DNA of 64,000 nt, taken from the NCBI GenBank assembly GCA_963789885.1, contig CAWBNB010000010.1, forward strand, positions 334,312-398,311. Reading direction: 5' to 3'. Below, piece by piece: positions 27,814 to 38,675 of the stretch. Both the position numbers and the translations under genes were made by a program. This DNA comes from an uncultured beta proteobacterium. Lineage in GTDB: Bacteria > Pseudomonadota > Gammaproteobacteria > Burkholderiales > SG8-39. The notes beneath the pieces are model-generated. The model had not been told where the DNA came from and made no database searches. It was given only the letters and a program-made list of their open reading frames with translations. Positions within the stretch are counted from its first letter, which is position 1. The number at the start of each line of letters is the position of its first letter.

Positions 27814-29430
27814 CTACTCCGTTTTCCTGGCGTCTTCGCGGATCAGGTCGGCGCCCTTCTCGGCGATCATGATGGTTGCGGCGTTGGTGTTGCCCGAGAC
27901 GAGCGTCGGCATGACCGAGGCGTCGACCACGCGCAACCCCTGAACGCCGTGCACGCGTAGCCGCGGATCCACCACCGCCCCCGCGTCGCGGCCCATGCGG
28001 CAGGTCCCGACCGGGTGGAAGCCGGTCGTCGCGCTGTTGCGCAGGCATTCGAGGATCTCGTCGTCGGTCCGCACGCCGGCACCTGGCCTGTACTCCTCGA
28101 CCACGTACGGCGCGAACGCGCGCGTCGCCATGAGCCTGCGGGTGAGCTTGGTGCCCTCGATCATCAGGGACCGGTCGTACTCGGTGGACAGGTAGTTGAA
28201 GAGGAGCGCCGGCGCAGCCACCGGGTCCCGCGACTTGATACGAATCGTCCCGCGGCTCGTCGGCCGCAGCGGATAGAAATTCAGGGTGAACCCGGGAAAC
28301 CGGTGGGGCTTGGCCCCGCGCTCCTCGGCGCTGACGGTGCTCAGGAAGAACTGAATGTCGGGCGTTTTCGCGTCCGGGCGGGCGCGCGTGATCATTCCGC
28401 CGATCATCACGCCGACCGACAACGGCCCGGTGCGGAACAGTGCCCATTTGAGCCCGACCCTTGCCTTGCCCCAGAGCGTGCGCAGATCATCGTTGGTCGT
28501 GATCGGCTGCGCGCACTTGTAGACGAGCCGCAGCAGCAGATGGTCCTGCAGGTTCTCGCCGACGCCCGGCAGCTCCGCGACCGGCGGAACGCCGTGCTCG
28601 CGCAGGAGGGCAGCGGGGCCCACGCCCGAGAGCTGGAGGAGCTGCGGCGACTGAACGGCGCCGGCGCACAGCAGCACCTCTCTCGCCGCACGCGCCGCAG
28701 TCTCCGCGCCGTTGCGCCGATAGCGGACACCCACCGCTCGCCGCCCGTCGAACTCGATGCCGGTCGCGTGGGCATCGGTCCCGATCGTCAGGTTGGACCG
28801 GTGGCGCGCCGGCTTGAGATACGCGACCGCCGCCGAGCAGCGCAGGCCGTTTCGCGTCGTGAGCTGGAGGTAGCCGGCACCCTCCTGCCGCGCGCCGTTG
28901 AAGTCGTCGGTGCGCGGGATGCCGAGCTCGGCGGATGCGCCGATCAGCGCCTCGACGAGCGCGTGACGCTCGGCGATGTCGGACACGAAGAGCGGCCCGT
29001 CGCCGCCGTGGTACTCGCTCGCGCCGCGGGAGCTCGTCTCCGATTTCACGAAGTAGCGCAGCGTCTCGCGCGCGTTCCAGCCGGTTGCGCCGAGCGCCTC
29101 CCAGCCGTCGAAATCCTCCGGCTGCCCGCGGATCTGGATCAGGCCGTTGATCGCGCTCGAGCCGCCGAGCGTGCGTCCGCGCGGCGTGTAGACCTTGCGG
29201 CCGTTCAGGTGCGGTTCCGGCTCCGAGTAGAACCCCCAGTTCAGCACCGGGTGGAACATCGTCTTGCCGTAGCCGATCGGTATGTGGATCCACGGGTAGC
29301 GGTCGGGAGGGCCCGCTTCCAGCAGCAGGACCGAGTGCCTGCCGTCTTCGGTCAGCCGGTTGGCGAGCACGCAGCCCGCCGAGCCGCCGCCGACGATGAC
29401 GTAGTCGAACGTCCCCGCTTCCCCGCTCAT
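27814..29430 (-). CDS. GMC oxidoreductase (choline dehydrogenase-like)
   Basis: VGGGSAG, GRTLGGSSAING, GENLQDH, HPVGTCRMG and SGNTNA. Confidence 0.92.
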   Translation of the reverse strand: MSGEAGTFDYVIVGGGSAGCVLANRLTEDGRHSVLLLEAGPPDRYPWIHIPIGYGKTMFHPVLNWGFYSEPEPHLNGRKVYTPRGRTLGGSSAINGLIQIRGQPEDFDGWEALGATGWNARETLRYFVKSETSSRGASEYHGGDGPLFVSDIAERHALVEALIGASAELGIPRTDDFNGARQEGAGYLQLTTRNGLRCSAAVAYLKPARHRSNLTIGTDAHATGIEFDGRRAVGVRYRRNGAETAARAAREVLLCAGAVQSPQLLQLSGVGPAALLREHGVPPVAELPGVGENLQDHLLLRLVYKCAQPITTNDDLRTLWGKARVGLKWALFRTGPLSVGVMIGGMITRARPDAKTPDIQFFLSTVSAEERGAKPHRFPGFTLNFYPLRPTSRGTIRIKSRDPVAAPALLFNYLSTEYDRSLMIEGTKLTRRLMATRAFAPYVVEEYRPGAGVRTDDEILECLRNSATTGFHPVGTCRMGRDAGAVVDPRLRVHGVQGLRVVDASVMPTLVSGNTNAATIMIAEKGADLIREDARKTE

Positions 29431-29490
29431 GCTCGCGGCGGACGGCCGCCGACGCAGACGCGATCGTCGGCGGCAGCGACGCAATTCACG

Positions 29491-29524
29491 TTGACACGAT
29501 TCAAAGTCATCCTATAACGTTATA
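29491..29524 (+). promoter_or_regulatory. sigma70 promoter overlapped by a palindromic (likely GntR/HutC) operator
   Basis: TTGACA-N16-TATAAC, with the perfect palindrome TATAACGTTATA at 29513-29524. Confidence 0.65.
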
Positions 29525-29606
29525 CCAAGTCCCGTCCGCTTGGCCACGCTGCGGAACAGCATCGGGCCGGCTCGCGGCGGGACGTTACCCGTCGGAGGAG
29601 GCGTTC

Positions 29607-31034
29607 ATGAAGCGGAATCCCGAGCACACCCGGAAAGAGAATCGCGGGCGCCGCCGCGTCCTGAAGCAGGGCGTCGCGCTCGGCGTCGCGCTGACAGGCG
29701 CGCCGTGGGTGCTGCGTTACGCGCACGCGCAAGGCGCGGCGCCGGATCTCGGCGCCTACCAGAAGGCGAAGATCAACTGGCGCCTTGCCGAAGGGCAGAC
29801 GGTCAACGTCGCGGTGATTCCGGCCGCCTACTTCGACAACCTGATCGCGCTCACGCCCGAGTTCGAGGCGCTGACCGGCGTGAAAGTGCGCTACGACAAG
29901 GTGCCGCCGGGGCAGATCCGGCAGAAGGCGGTGCTCGATCTGTCGTCCAAGACCGGGAACATCAGCACGCACGCGGCCGATCCGATGTATCTGCCGCTGT
30001 ATGCCGCGAACAAGTGGACCGACTCGCTCGACGCCTATCTCAACGACCCGAAGCTCACCGACAAGGCCTGGTTCAAGCACGAGGACATCTTCGAGGCCTG
30101 GCGCAAGGCGGACATGGTCGAGGGCCGCACGTACGGCATCCCGTACGACGGCGAGATGACCATCCAGACCTATCGCCGGGACCTCTTCGACGCGAAGGGG
30201 CTGAAGCCGGCGGAGACGTTCGACGACGTCGTGAAGAACGCCAAGGCGCTGCACGATCCGGCGAACCGCATGTGGGGCTTCTGCCTGCGCGGCATGCCCG
30301 GCGCGGGGCAGAACATGTACATCTACCCCTCGATCCTCGGTGCGTTCGGCGGCAAGTGGTTCGAGCCCGGCGGCAAGATCCGGGTCAACAGCCCGGAAGC
30401 GGTCGCGGCCCTCGAGTGGTACGTCACGACGAACAACGCCTACGCGCCGCAGGCGGCGCAGAACTGGAACTGGCCGGACATCGCCGACGCGTTCGCGCAG
30501 GGGACGATCGGGTGCTACATCGACGGCCACACCGCGGTCACCGTGATCGCGAACCCCGAGCGCTCGAAGGTCGTCGGCAAGCTCGGCTTCGCGCGCTGGC
30601 CGAAGGGCCCGTCGGGGCGGCGGGTGACGTCGATCTGGAACTGGGCGATGCCGATCAACTCGGCGCTCCCGGAGCCCGCGCGCCGGGCGACGTGGCTCTA
30701 CATCCAGTGGGCGTGCTGCGAGGAAACGCAGATCCGCACCTCGTACGCGTTCAAGGGCCCCGGCAAGCGCTTCGGCGTGAACCGGCTGCCGATGTGGAAG
30801 AGCGGCCCGTACGCGAAGGTGATGGCCGAAGCGGGAGACCAGCTGGTGCCGGCCTCGCTCGAGAGCCTCGCGCTGGACACCGACGTCGACTGGCGGCCGC
30901 GCGTGCCGCAGTGGCCGGCGATCGGCGAGACGATGGCGAAGATCGTCCAGGCGGCGCTCGTCGGGCAGACGAAGCCCAAGCAGGCGCTCGACGACGCGCA
31001 GGTGCAGGTCGAGCGCATCATGCGCGGCAGCTGA
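29607..31034 (+). CDS. carbohydrate (CUT1) ABC transporter substrate-binding protein with Tat signal
   Basis: GRRRVLK twin-arginine leader; YGIPY..E...YRRDLF; VNSPEAV. Confidence 0.9.
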   Translation: MKRNPEHTRKENRGRRRVLKQGVALGVALTGAPWVLRYAHAQGAAPDLGAYQKAKINWRLAEGQTVNVAVIPAAYFDNLIALTPEFEALTGVKVRYDKVPPGQIRQKAVLDLSSKTGNISTHAADPMYLPLYAANKWTDSLDAYLNDPKLTDKAWFKHEDIFEAWRKADMVEGRTYGIPYDGEMTIQTYRRDLFDAKGLKPAETFDDVVKNAKALHDPANRMWGFCLRGMPGAGQNMYIYPSILGAFGGKWFEPGGKIRVNSPEAVAALEWYVTTNNAYAPQAAQNWNWPDIADAFAQGTIGCYIDGHTAVTVIANPERSKVVGKLGFARWPKGPSGRRVTSIWNWAMPINSALPEPARRATWLYIQWACCEETQIRTSYAFKGPGKRFGVNRLPMWKSGPYAKVMAEAGDQLVPASLESLALDTDVDWRPRVPQWPAIGETMAKIVQAALVGQTKPKQALDDAQVQVERIMRGS

Positions 31035-31047
31035 GTCCCGCGCCGGA

Positions 31048-31941
31048 ATGACGCCGGCGCAGCGTCTCGCCGTCGCGGAACGCCCGGAGAGACGCTTCGC
31101 GCTCGCCCTCGCCGCGCCGGGGGTGCTGGTGCTGGTCGTCACGACCACGTTCCCGCTCCTCTACCTCCTCTGGCAGAGCCTGCAGAACATCAACCTGGCG
31201 ATGCCGGGGATGGACCGGTTCGTGGGCGCCGAGAACTACGTCCGGATGTGGGAAGACCGGCGCTTCTGGGGCGCGCTCGGTTTCACGATCATCTACACGG
31301 GGGTGACCGTCGCGCTGCAGCTCGTGATCGGGCTCGGCATGGCGCTCCTCATCCTGCAGATCCCGCGCGCGCAGTGGGCGTTCCGCATCGTCGCCATCGT
31401 GCCGATCGTGCTCGCGCCGGTCGTGGCGGGCCTCTTCTGGCGCACGCTGATGCTCACGCCGGACTTCGGCATCGTCGACTTCGCGTCGCGCTCGCTCGGC
31501 CTCGGGGCGCACAACTGGTTGGGGGACCCGCAGCTCGCCCGCGTCTCGGTGATCGCGATCCACACCTGGCAGTGGACGCCGTTCGTGTTCCTGTACCTCC
31601 TCGCCGCCCTCGCCGCGCTTCCTGCCGACCTGTACGAAGCGGCGCGCATCGACCGCGCGAGCGCCTGGCGGCGCTTCGTCCACATCACGCTGCCGCTCAT
31701 CCGGCCGGCGATCGTCGTGGTGGTGATCCTGCGGATGACGGTGGCGCTGTCGGCGTTCGCGGCGATCTATGCGGCGACCGGCGGCGGACCGGGCACGGCG
31801 ACCGAGATCATCAACCTGTATGCGTACCGCGTGTCCTTCGCCGAGCTCTCGCTCGGCTACGGCGCGTCGGCGGCGGTGGTGCTGCTCGTCCTGACGATGG
31901 CGGTCGCAGCGCTTCTCTTCCACCTGAGGCGCGCAGGATGA
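31048..31941 (+). CDS. CUT1 ABC permease
   Basis: FVG.ENY, WQWTPF, LYEAARID and TGGGPG.ATE. Confidence 0.92.
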   Translation: MTPAQRLAVAERPERRFALALAAPGVLVLVVTTTFPLLYLLWQSLQNINLAMPGMDRFVGAENYVRMWEDRRFWGALGFTIIYTGVTVALQLVIGLGMALLILQIPRAQWAFRIVAIVPIVLAPVVAGLFWRTLMLTPDFGIVDFASRSLGLGAHNWLGDPQLARVSVIAIHTWQWTPFVFLYLLAALAALPADLYEAARIDRASAWRRFVHITLPLIRPAIVVVVILRMTVALSAFAAIYAATGGGPGTATEIINLYAYRVSFAELSLGYGASAAVVLLVLTMAVAALLFHLRRAG

Positions 31942-32777
31942 AGCCGGGCACCGCCCGCACTTCGATCCTGATGGGGACGGCCGCGATCCTCCTGGCCGTC
32001 TGGACCGTGCCGGTGCTGTGGGCGGTCCTCACCTCCTTCAAGGACGAGAAGGAGGTGCTCGCTTATCCGCCGACGATCGTGTTCGACGCGACGATCAAGA
32101 ATTTCCGCGAGGTGCTGACCGGGCCGACGAACATCGTGCCGAACCTGACCGCGAGCCTGATCATCGCGGTCGCCACGACGATCCTCACGATCGTGATCGC
32201 GGTGCCGGCCGCGTACGCCTTCGCGCGGCTCAAGCTCCCGGGCCGCAAGCCGCTTGGCTTCTACGTCCTGGCCACGCAGCTCGTGCCGCCGATCGGCCTG
32301 ATCATCCCGTACTTCCTGATCATGAACCGCATCGGCTGGATGGACACCTACCGCGGCCTGGTGCTGATCTATCTCACCTTCTCGCTGCCGTTCGCGATCT
32401 GGCTCCTGGTGTCCTACTTCGAGGACATCCCGCGCGAGATGGAGGAAGCGGCGCTCCTCGACCGCGCGAGCCGCCTGCAGGCCTTCTGGCACGTGGTGTT
32501 GCCGCAGACGCGCGGCGCGATCGGCGTCACGGTGGTCTTCGTGTTCCTCAACGCCTGGAACGAGTTCCTCTTCGCGGTGATCCTCGGCGGCGCCACCGTC
32601 AAGCCGGTCACCGTGTCGATGTACAACTACATCAATACCGAGCAGACGCAGTGGGCGCAGCTCGCGGCGGCGGCGCTGATGGCGATGCTGCCGGTGATCG
32701 TTCTCGGCATCGCGGCGCAAAAGCACATCGTCGCCGGCCTGTCGGCGGGCGCGGTCAAGGGCGTGACCAGGAGATGA
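31938..32777 (+). CDS. CUT1 ABC permease
   Basis: TSFK, AAYAFAR, IPREMEEAA.LD and AWNEFLFA. Confidence 0.92.
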   Translation: MKPGTARTSILMGTAAILLAVWTVPVLWAVLTSFKDEKEVLAYPPTIVFDATIKNFREVLTGPTNIVPNLTASLIIAVATTILTIVIAVPAAYAFARLKLPGRKPLGFYVLATQLVPPIGLIIPYFLIMNRIGWMDTYRGLVLIYLTFSLPFAIWLLVSYFEDIPREMEEAALLDRASRLQAFWHVVLPQTRGAIGVTVVFVFLNAWNEFLFAVILGGATVKPVTVSMYNYINTEQTQWAQLAAAALMAMLPVIVLGIAAQKHIVAGLSAGAVKGVTRR

Positions 32778-32784
32778 CCGCACG

Positions 32785-33846
32785 ATGACCCGGCGCGGCG
32801 AGGTGAGGCTTGCGGGCGTGGGCAAGTCGTTCGGCGATACGAGCGTGCTGCGCGACGTCGACCTGGAGATCCGGCCGGGGGAGTTCTTCTCCCTGCTCGG
32901 CCCGTCCGGCTCGGGCAAGACGACGACGCTCCGCATCATCGCCGGCCTCGAGACCGCGACGCACGGCTTCGTGTACCTCGACGGCACCGACGCGACCCTG
33001 CTCCCGCCGGGCGATCGCGACGTGGCGATGGTGTTCCAGAGCTACGCGCTCTACCCGCACATGACGGTGTTCGACAACATCGCCTTCCCGCTGAAGATGA
33101 TCCGCACGCCGGTCGCGGAGATCGCCGCGGCGGTGCAGGAAGCGGCGGCGCGGGTGCGCATCGGGCATCTGCTCGAGCGGCGGCCGGGACAGCTCTCCGG
33201 CGGCCAGCAGCAGCGCTGCGCGCTCGCGCGGGCGATCGTGCGGAAGCCCGCCCTCTTCCTGCTCGACGAGCCGCTGTCGAACCTCGACGCCAAGCTGCGG
33301 ATCGAAACGCGCGTCGAGCTGAAGCGGCTGCAGCGCTCGCTCGACGTGACCGCGGTCTACGTCACCCACGACCAGGAAGAGGCGATGTCCCTCTCCGATC
33401 GCATGGCGGTCTTCATGGACGGCAAAGTCGTCCAGATCGGCACGCCGGAGGAGGTGTTCAGCCGGCCGGCCACGGTCGAGGTCGCGGCCTTCCTCGGCAA
33501 TCCGCCGATGAACGTGCTGCCCGCGCGGCTCGCGGGCGGCCGCGCAACGATCGGCACCGCCAGCTTCGAGCTGCCACAGCTCGCCGCCCTCGGCGAGCGC
33601 GACATCACGCTCGGCATCCGACCCTCCGACGTCGCGCTCGACGGCGCGGGCGCGCCGGCGGTCGTGACGCTGTGCGAGCTGCTCGGCGAGGACGTGATCG
33701 TCGACCTCGACCTCGGCGGCCAGCCGCTGCGCGCGAAGGCCGCCGGCCGCGCGCGCTTGGCGGACGGCGCGCAGGTGCAGGTGCGCATCGACCCGGCAAA
33801 GCTGCACGTCTTCGACCGCGCGAGCGGCCGGCGGATCGAGCCGTGA
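32785..33846 (+). CDS. CUT1 ABC ATP-binding protein (MalK-like)
   Basis: GPSGSGKT, FQSYALYPHM, LSGGQQQR and DEPLSNLD. Confidence 0.95.
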   Translation: MTRRGEVRLAGVGKSFGDTSVLRDVDLEIRPGEFFSLLGPSGSGKTTTLRIIAGLETATHGFVYLDGTDATLLPPGDRDVAMVFQSYALYPHMTVFDNIAFPLKMIRTPVAEIAAAVQEAAARVRIGHLLERRPGQLSGGQQQRCALARAIVRKPALFLLDEPLSNLDAKLRIETRVELKRLQRSLDVTAVYVTHDQEEAMSLSDRMAVFMDGKVVQIGTPEEVFSRPATVEVAAFLGNPPMNVLPARLAGGRATIGTASFELPQLAALGERDITLGIRPSDVALDGAGAPAVVTLCELLGEDVIVDLDLGGQPLRAKAAGRARLADGAQVQVRIDPAKLHVFDRASGRRIEP

Positions 33847-34628
33847 AGCCGCGCCACGAAGCGAAGGTGATCCCGCTCGCGCGAGACAGCCACGTCGCGA
33901 TGTACCGCCAGCTCGCGCAGCAGCTGCGCGAGGCGATCGCCCGCGGCGACTACCGACCCGGCGACCGGATCCCGACCGAGCCGGAGCTCATCCGCCGGTT
34001 CGGGGTGTCCCGCATCACCGCGCGGCAAGCGGTGGACGCGCTCGCGCGCGAGAAGCTGGTGATCCGCAAGCAGGGCAAGGGCACCTTCGTCGCCGGGCCG
34101 CTCGTGCACCACGATCTCCTCGAGCTCCGCGGCATCTACGACGAGCTGGTCGCGCAGGGCCTCGAGCCGGAGATGCGCCTGCTCGATTTCCGCCAGGCGA
34201 CCCCGCCGGCGCGGATCGCGGGGCGGCTCGGGACGGGCCTGCGCAAGCTCCTCCACTGGCGGCGCCTCTACGTCCTGCGCGGCAAGCCGTTCGCCGTGGG
34301 CTCGATGTACCTCGACGCGGGGCGCGCGCGGCTCACGCGCGAGCAGGTGGACCGCAACCCGACCTACTCGATCCTCGAGAAGATCCTGCACGAACGGATC
34401 GCCCGCGCCGACGTGTCGATCCGCTACGAGCGCGCGAGCGCCGACCTCGCGCGCCCGCTCGGGTTGCCCAAGGGCACGCCGCTGATGGTCTTCGAACGGG
34501 TTTCGTACAACGCGGAGGGCGTGCCGCGGGAGCATTCGCTCTACTACGCTCGGGCGGAGGCATACGAGTTCTCGCTCACGGTCCGCGGCAAGCTGCCGAT
34601 CGCCCGCTCGCTAAAGGCCGCGGGCTGA
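33843..34628 (+). CDS. GntR family regulator, HutC/UTRA subfamily
   Basis: PGDRIPTEPEL...FGVSRITARQA..QGKGTFV, plus a C-terminal UTRA domain. Confidence 0.9.
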   Translation: MKPRHEAKVIPLARDSHVAMYRQLAQQLREAIARGDYRPGDRIPTEPELIRRFGVSRITARQAVDALAREKLVIRKQGKGTFVAGPLVHHDLLELRGIYDELVAQGLEPEMRLLDFRQATPPARIAGRLGTGLRKLLHWRRLYVLRGKPFAVGSMYLDAGRARLTREQVDRNPTYSILEKILHERIARADVSIRYERASADLARPLGLPKGTPLMVFERVSYNAEGVPREHSLYYARAEAYEFSLTVRGKLPIARSLKAAG

Positions 34629-34685
34629 CGGGGCGAACCGCGCCTCGCGCCGGCTCGGCTCGCTCCGCCTCGGCGCGCCTCGCCG

Positions 34686-36207
34686 CTACCGCTTCCAGCG
34701 CACGAGCAGGACGAGCGGCAGCACGACCAATGCGGTTGCCACGTAGAACAGGAATGCGTCGATGTAGCCGAGCATCGCCGCCTGCCGGGCGACCTCGCGT
34801 GCGACGGCGGCGAGCCCGGCCGGATCGTGGACGTTCCATCCGCCGGTCACCCACGGCATCCGGAGCGCCTCGTTGTAGGGCGACACCGCCGGCGCCAGCT
34901 CCGCGTAGTTCATGCGGGCCATGCGCACGGCGAGCGCGGTGCTGAGCGAAATGTGGATGCTCGAGCCGACGTTGCGCACCATGTGGTAGATCGCCGCGCC
35001 CTCCGCCGTCGCCGCCGGGTTGATCGTCGCGAACGTCACCATCGTGATCGGCACCCACAGCATGCCCACGCCGAACCCCTGCATCGCCATCGGCCAGAAC
35101 ACGCCGGCCGCGCTCGGGTTCATGTCGAGCCCGGTGAGCTGCCAGCCGGCGAACGCCTGCAGCAGGAATCCGAGCACGATCATGGCGCGCGGGTCGAAGC
35201 GGCTCGCGAAGATCATCACGGCGAACGCGAGCATCGTCCCGAGGCCGCGCGCCCCGAGCACGAAGCCGATGATCGACTCCGGGTAGCCGCTCACGCCCTG
35301 CAGGAGCGGCGGAATGAGCGACATCGGGGTGAAGTTGAGCATGCCGAACACGAAGATCAGGACGAGCCCGATCGAGAAGTTGCGATCGCGGAGGAGCGCC
35401 GGCTGCAGGAACGGACGACTCCGCGGTCACGCTGTGCACGACGAACGCGTAGAACGCGGCAAGGGCGACCACGCAATAGGCGATGATCTCGGCGGAGTCG
35501 AACCAGTCGGCGCGCTCGCCGCGGTCGAGCATGACCTGCAGGCTGGCCAGCGCGGCGGCGAGGAGCAGGAAGCCGAGCCAGTCGAGCCGCACCCGCATTG
35601 GCGACTCGCGGTCGCGGATGAAGAGCCAGGTGCCGGCGAACGCGGCCGCGCTGAACGGCACCATCATGTAGAACACGTAGCGCCAGTCGTAGGTCTCGCT
35701 CAGGTAGCCGCCGACCACCGGTCCGACGATCGGGCCGAGCACCGAGCCCATGCCGTAGATCGCGATCACCGCACCGTGCTGGCGCCGCGGGTAAGTCTCG
35801 AGGATGATCGCCTGCGAGGCCGGCGCCAGCGGCGCGCCGAACGCGCCCTGGAGCGCGCGGAACAGCACGAGCTGCTCGAGCGAGTCCGCCAGCCCGCAGG
35901 CGAGCGACGCCGCGCCGAATGCGAACACGCACGCGGTGCACAGGCGCCGGCGCCCGAACCGCGACACCAGCCAGCCCGCGAGCGGCGTCGCCACCGCGGT
36001 GGCCGCGAGGTTGGCGGTCAGCACCCACGCGATCTGGTCCTGCGTCGCCGAGAGCGCGCCCTGCATCTGCGGCAGCGACGCGTTGGCGACGGTGACCGTC
36101 ATCGCGTACAGAAAGGTCACCGCGGTGCAGGTGCCGAGCACGAGGGCGCGGCGCAGACCCGCGCCGGCGCCGATGTCGTCGGCGAGCGGGATCGCCTGCG
36201 CGCTCAT
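34686..36207 (-). pseudogene. DHA2 MFS efflux permease (EmrB-like) with frameshift near 35415
   Basis: VANASLPQMQG, FRALQG and DRGER.DWF in one frame; PFLQPALLRDRNF...MVRNVGSSI in the next. Confidence 0.85.
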
Positions 36208-36220
36208 CAGGCTGCCCGCG

Positions 36221-37291
36221 TCAGCGCGCGAACGCGCTCAGGAATCCCGGCAGGCCGCGGCTGTGGCCCGTATCGACGGTCACGGTGACCGTCATGCCCG
36301 CGCGCAGCGGCGGTCGATCGGGCGCCTGCTCGATCGCGAGGAGCACCGGCACGCGCTGCACCACCTTCACCCAGTTGCCGGTCGCGTTCTGGGGCGGCAG
36401 CAGCGCGAACTCGGCACCGGTCGCCGGCGCGATCGTGCTGACGCGCGCGGTCCACTCGACACCGGGATAGGCGTCGGCGACGATCCGCGCGGGCTGCCCG
36501 ACGCGCACGCCGGCGAGCTGCGTCTCCTTGAAGTTCGCCTCGACCCAGGTGTCGCGGCTCTCGATCAGGCTGAAGACCGGCACGCCGCGCGCGACGAACT
36601 CGCCGACTTGCAGCTTCATGTTGCTCACGACGCCGGCGGCGGCGGCCGTCACGTGCGTGTGCGCGAGATCGAGCTGCGCGGCGTTGCGGGCAGCCTGCGC
36701 CTCGAGGAAGCGCGGATGGCGCTCGGCCGGAAGGCCCGAATCGCCGCCCAGGCTCGCGAGGACGCGCGCCCCGCGCTCCTGCACGGCCGCGAGCCGCGCG
36801 CGCGCGACGTCGAGGTTGTGGCGCGCCTCGTCGAACGTGTCCTCGCGGCCCATGCCGCGCTCCTTCAGCTGCCGCTGGCGGTCGAGCTGCCGGGTGGTGA
36901 AGTCGATCCGCTCCTCGGCTTCCTTCGCCTCGGCGAGCGCGACCCGGTAGTCCGCGCGCAGGGACGCGAGGTCGGTGCGCACCACCGCCATCTGCGCGTC
37001 GGCCTTGGCGATCGCCACCTCGAACGGCGCAGGATCGATCCGGAACAGGAGCGCGCCGGCAGCGACCGGCTGGTTGTCGCGCACCTCCACCTCGGCCACG
37101 CGCCCGGCGACCTCGGCGCTCACGGCGATGATGTGGGCCTTGACGTAGGCGTTGTCGGTCTCGACGTGGCGCCCGCCGGCGGCGTAGAAGTAGAGCACTG
37201 CCAGGCCGGCGACGATCGGCACGCCGACGAGGAGGACGGCGCGAAGCCCCTTCCGCCCGACGCGCGGCCGCGGTGCGCCCGGCTCAGCCAT
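36221..37291 (-). CDS. HlyD/EmrA family membrane fusion protein
   Basis: TDNAYV, WVEANFKETQL and FALLPPQNATGNWVKVVQR. Confidence 0.93.
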   Translation of the reverse strand: MAEPGAPRPRVGRKGLRAVLLVGVPIVAGLAVLYFYAAGGRHVETDNAYVKAHIIAVSAEVAGRVAEVEVRDNQPVAAGALLFRIDPAPFEVAIAKADAQMAVVRTDLASLRADYRVALAEAKEAEERIDFTTRQLDRQRQLKERGMGREDTFDEARHNLDVARARLAAVQERGARVLASLGGDSGLPAERHPRFLEAQAARNAAQLDLAHTHVTAAAAGVVSNMKLQVGEFVARGVPVFSLIESRDTWVEANFKETQLAGVRVGQPARIVADAYPGVEWTARVSTIAPATGAEFALLPPQNATGNWVKVVQRVPVLLAIEQAPDRPPLRAGMTVTVTVDTGHSRGLPGFLSAFAR

Positions 37292-37766
37292 TGCGGCGAC
37301 TCCGGCGCGCGGCCGCCTCGGCCGGGCCGGCCTGCATCCTGACCAAGTTGGACCGGATCGCGAGCAGCGTGTCGACGAAGCGCTCGGACTCGGCCGCGCT
37401 CAGCCCCGCGAGCGCATCGCGCCGCAGCTCGGCCGCGACCGTGCGCAGCGTGCGCATCGCGGGTTCGACCTCAGCGGTGAGATACACGCGCCAGACCCGG
37501 CCGTCGCGCGCGTCGGCCTCGCGGCGCACCCATCCCTTTGCTTCCAGGCGGTCGAGCAGGCGGCCGAGGGTGGGCTTCTCGACCTCGAGCAGGTCGGCGA
37601 GCTCGGTCTGCGTGAGCCCGTCGCCGCGAAACAGGTTGTTCAGCACCCACCACTGCGAGCGCGTCAGGCCGAGCGACTTCACGCGCCGGTCGTAGATGGT
37701 GCGCATCAGGCGCGCCACGTCCGTCAGCAGGAAGCCGAAGTTGCGCGACAGGTCCTCGCGGAGCAT
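37284..37766 (-). CDS. MarR/SlyA family regulator
   Basis: GLTRSQWWVL, TQTELA and LLDRLE.KGWV.R..D..D.R. Confidence 0.92.
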   Translation of the reverse strand: MLREDLSRNFGFLLTDVARLMRTIYDRRVKSLGLTRSQWWVLNNLFRGDGLTQTELADLLEVEKPTLGRLLDRLEAKGWVRREADARDGRVWRVYLTAEVEPAMRTLRTVAAELRRDALAGLSAAESERFVDTLLAIRSNLVRMQAGPAEAAARRSRRNG

Positions 37767-37891
37767 GCCGCACAGGATAGTTGCCTAGCTTACGATCTGC
37801 AAGGCGGCCTTCTGTTGCACAGCGTCAACCGGGCGGACCTGACTCGGACTTGATGCCTGGACCGTGGGCACGTCGGGCGAGGCGCCGAGCG

Positions 37892-38158
37892 TTATGCAAC
37901 CGCTCCAACCTCACAAGGGAACTCCCAGCCTCTGACCACGGTTCCGTCGGCTTCGATCACGACGACTACGCTCGGTCTGCTGTCTTGGGCGCTCTTCTGA
38001 GCGTGTCTCACCGCTAAGTCCTGGCTCAGGAAGCGGCGGGTCTTCTGCTCGCCGACGAGATAGACGACCCAGCCGCACAACCCGGCGCACTCCACGCGAA
38101 AGACCTTTGCCTCATCGGGCGCAGCGGCCGTCGTCGAATCCGATGCGATTTGATCCAT
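37892..38158 (-). CDS. hypothetical small protein, DUF2188-like
   Basis: GWVV.....RRF.SQ..AV..A.......PS.VVV...DG pattern; ATG at 38158 after GAGG. Confidence 0.5.
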   Translation of the reverse strand: MDQIASDSTTAAAPDEAKVFRVECAGLCGWVVYLVGEQKTRRFLSQDLAVRHAQKSAQDSRPSVVVVIEADGTVVRGWEFPCEVGAVA

Positions 38159-38445
38159 CTGATGCCTCTGTCCGGCGATAGCCCCGAGGGCAACCAGAGT
38201 GCACGCGGGATATGCCGCGACCGCGTGAACGGCGTCACGCTTGGCAGGAATTCTTGCCGTCTGCTTATGGACGTGGGGACGTGTCTCGACCTCGACGCCC
38301 CGGGGCGTTCCAGCGAGAACTACGCCACGCACGCGACGTGACTTCCTTCCCGCGTGCAACGGTTTTTCACGGTGGTCCAGAAGCTGCTAGTGCTCGGGTG
38401 TTCACTCATTTGCGCAGTAGCTGAGGGAAACGTCTGGGAGAAAAC

Positions 38446-38673
38446 ATGAAAAGGCCAACTGAACGCAACAGCGATGACAATCGACCCGCACTCGAGCTTC
38501 TTGCTGCCGCACCAATCGAGCGGCTCGAAGAGATCGTCGCGCGGCTCAAGACAAAACGGCCGGCAGCGGAGATCTGCGACGCGCTGATGAAGCTAATCGC
38601 CCTCGCGCCGCTTTACGAGTTTCAAATGCTGCGGGACATCTACCGCAGACACTGTGTGCCGGCGTGTAAGTAG
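38446..38673 (+). CDS. hypothetical protein, 75 aa
   Basis: GGGAG RBS and ATG; helical composition. Confidence 0.55.
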   Translation: MKRPTERNSDDNRPALELLAAAPIERLEEIVARLKTKRPAAEICDALMKLIALAPLYEFQMLRDIYRRHCVPACK

Positions 38674-38675
38674 GG

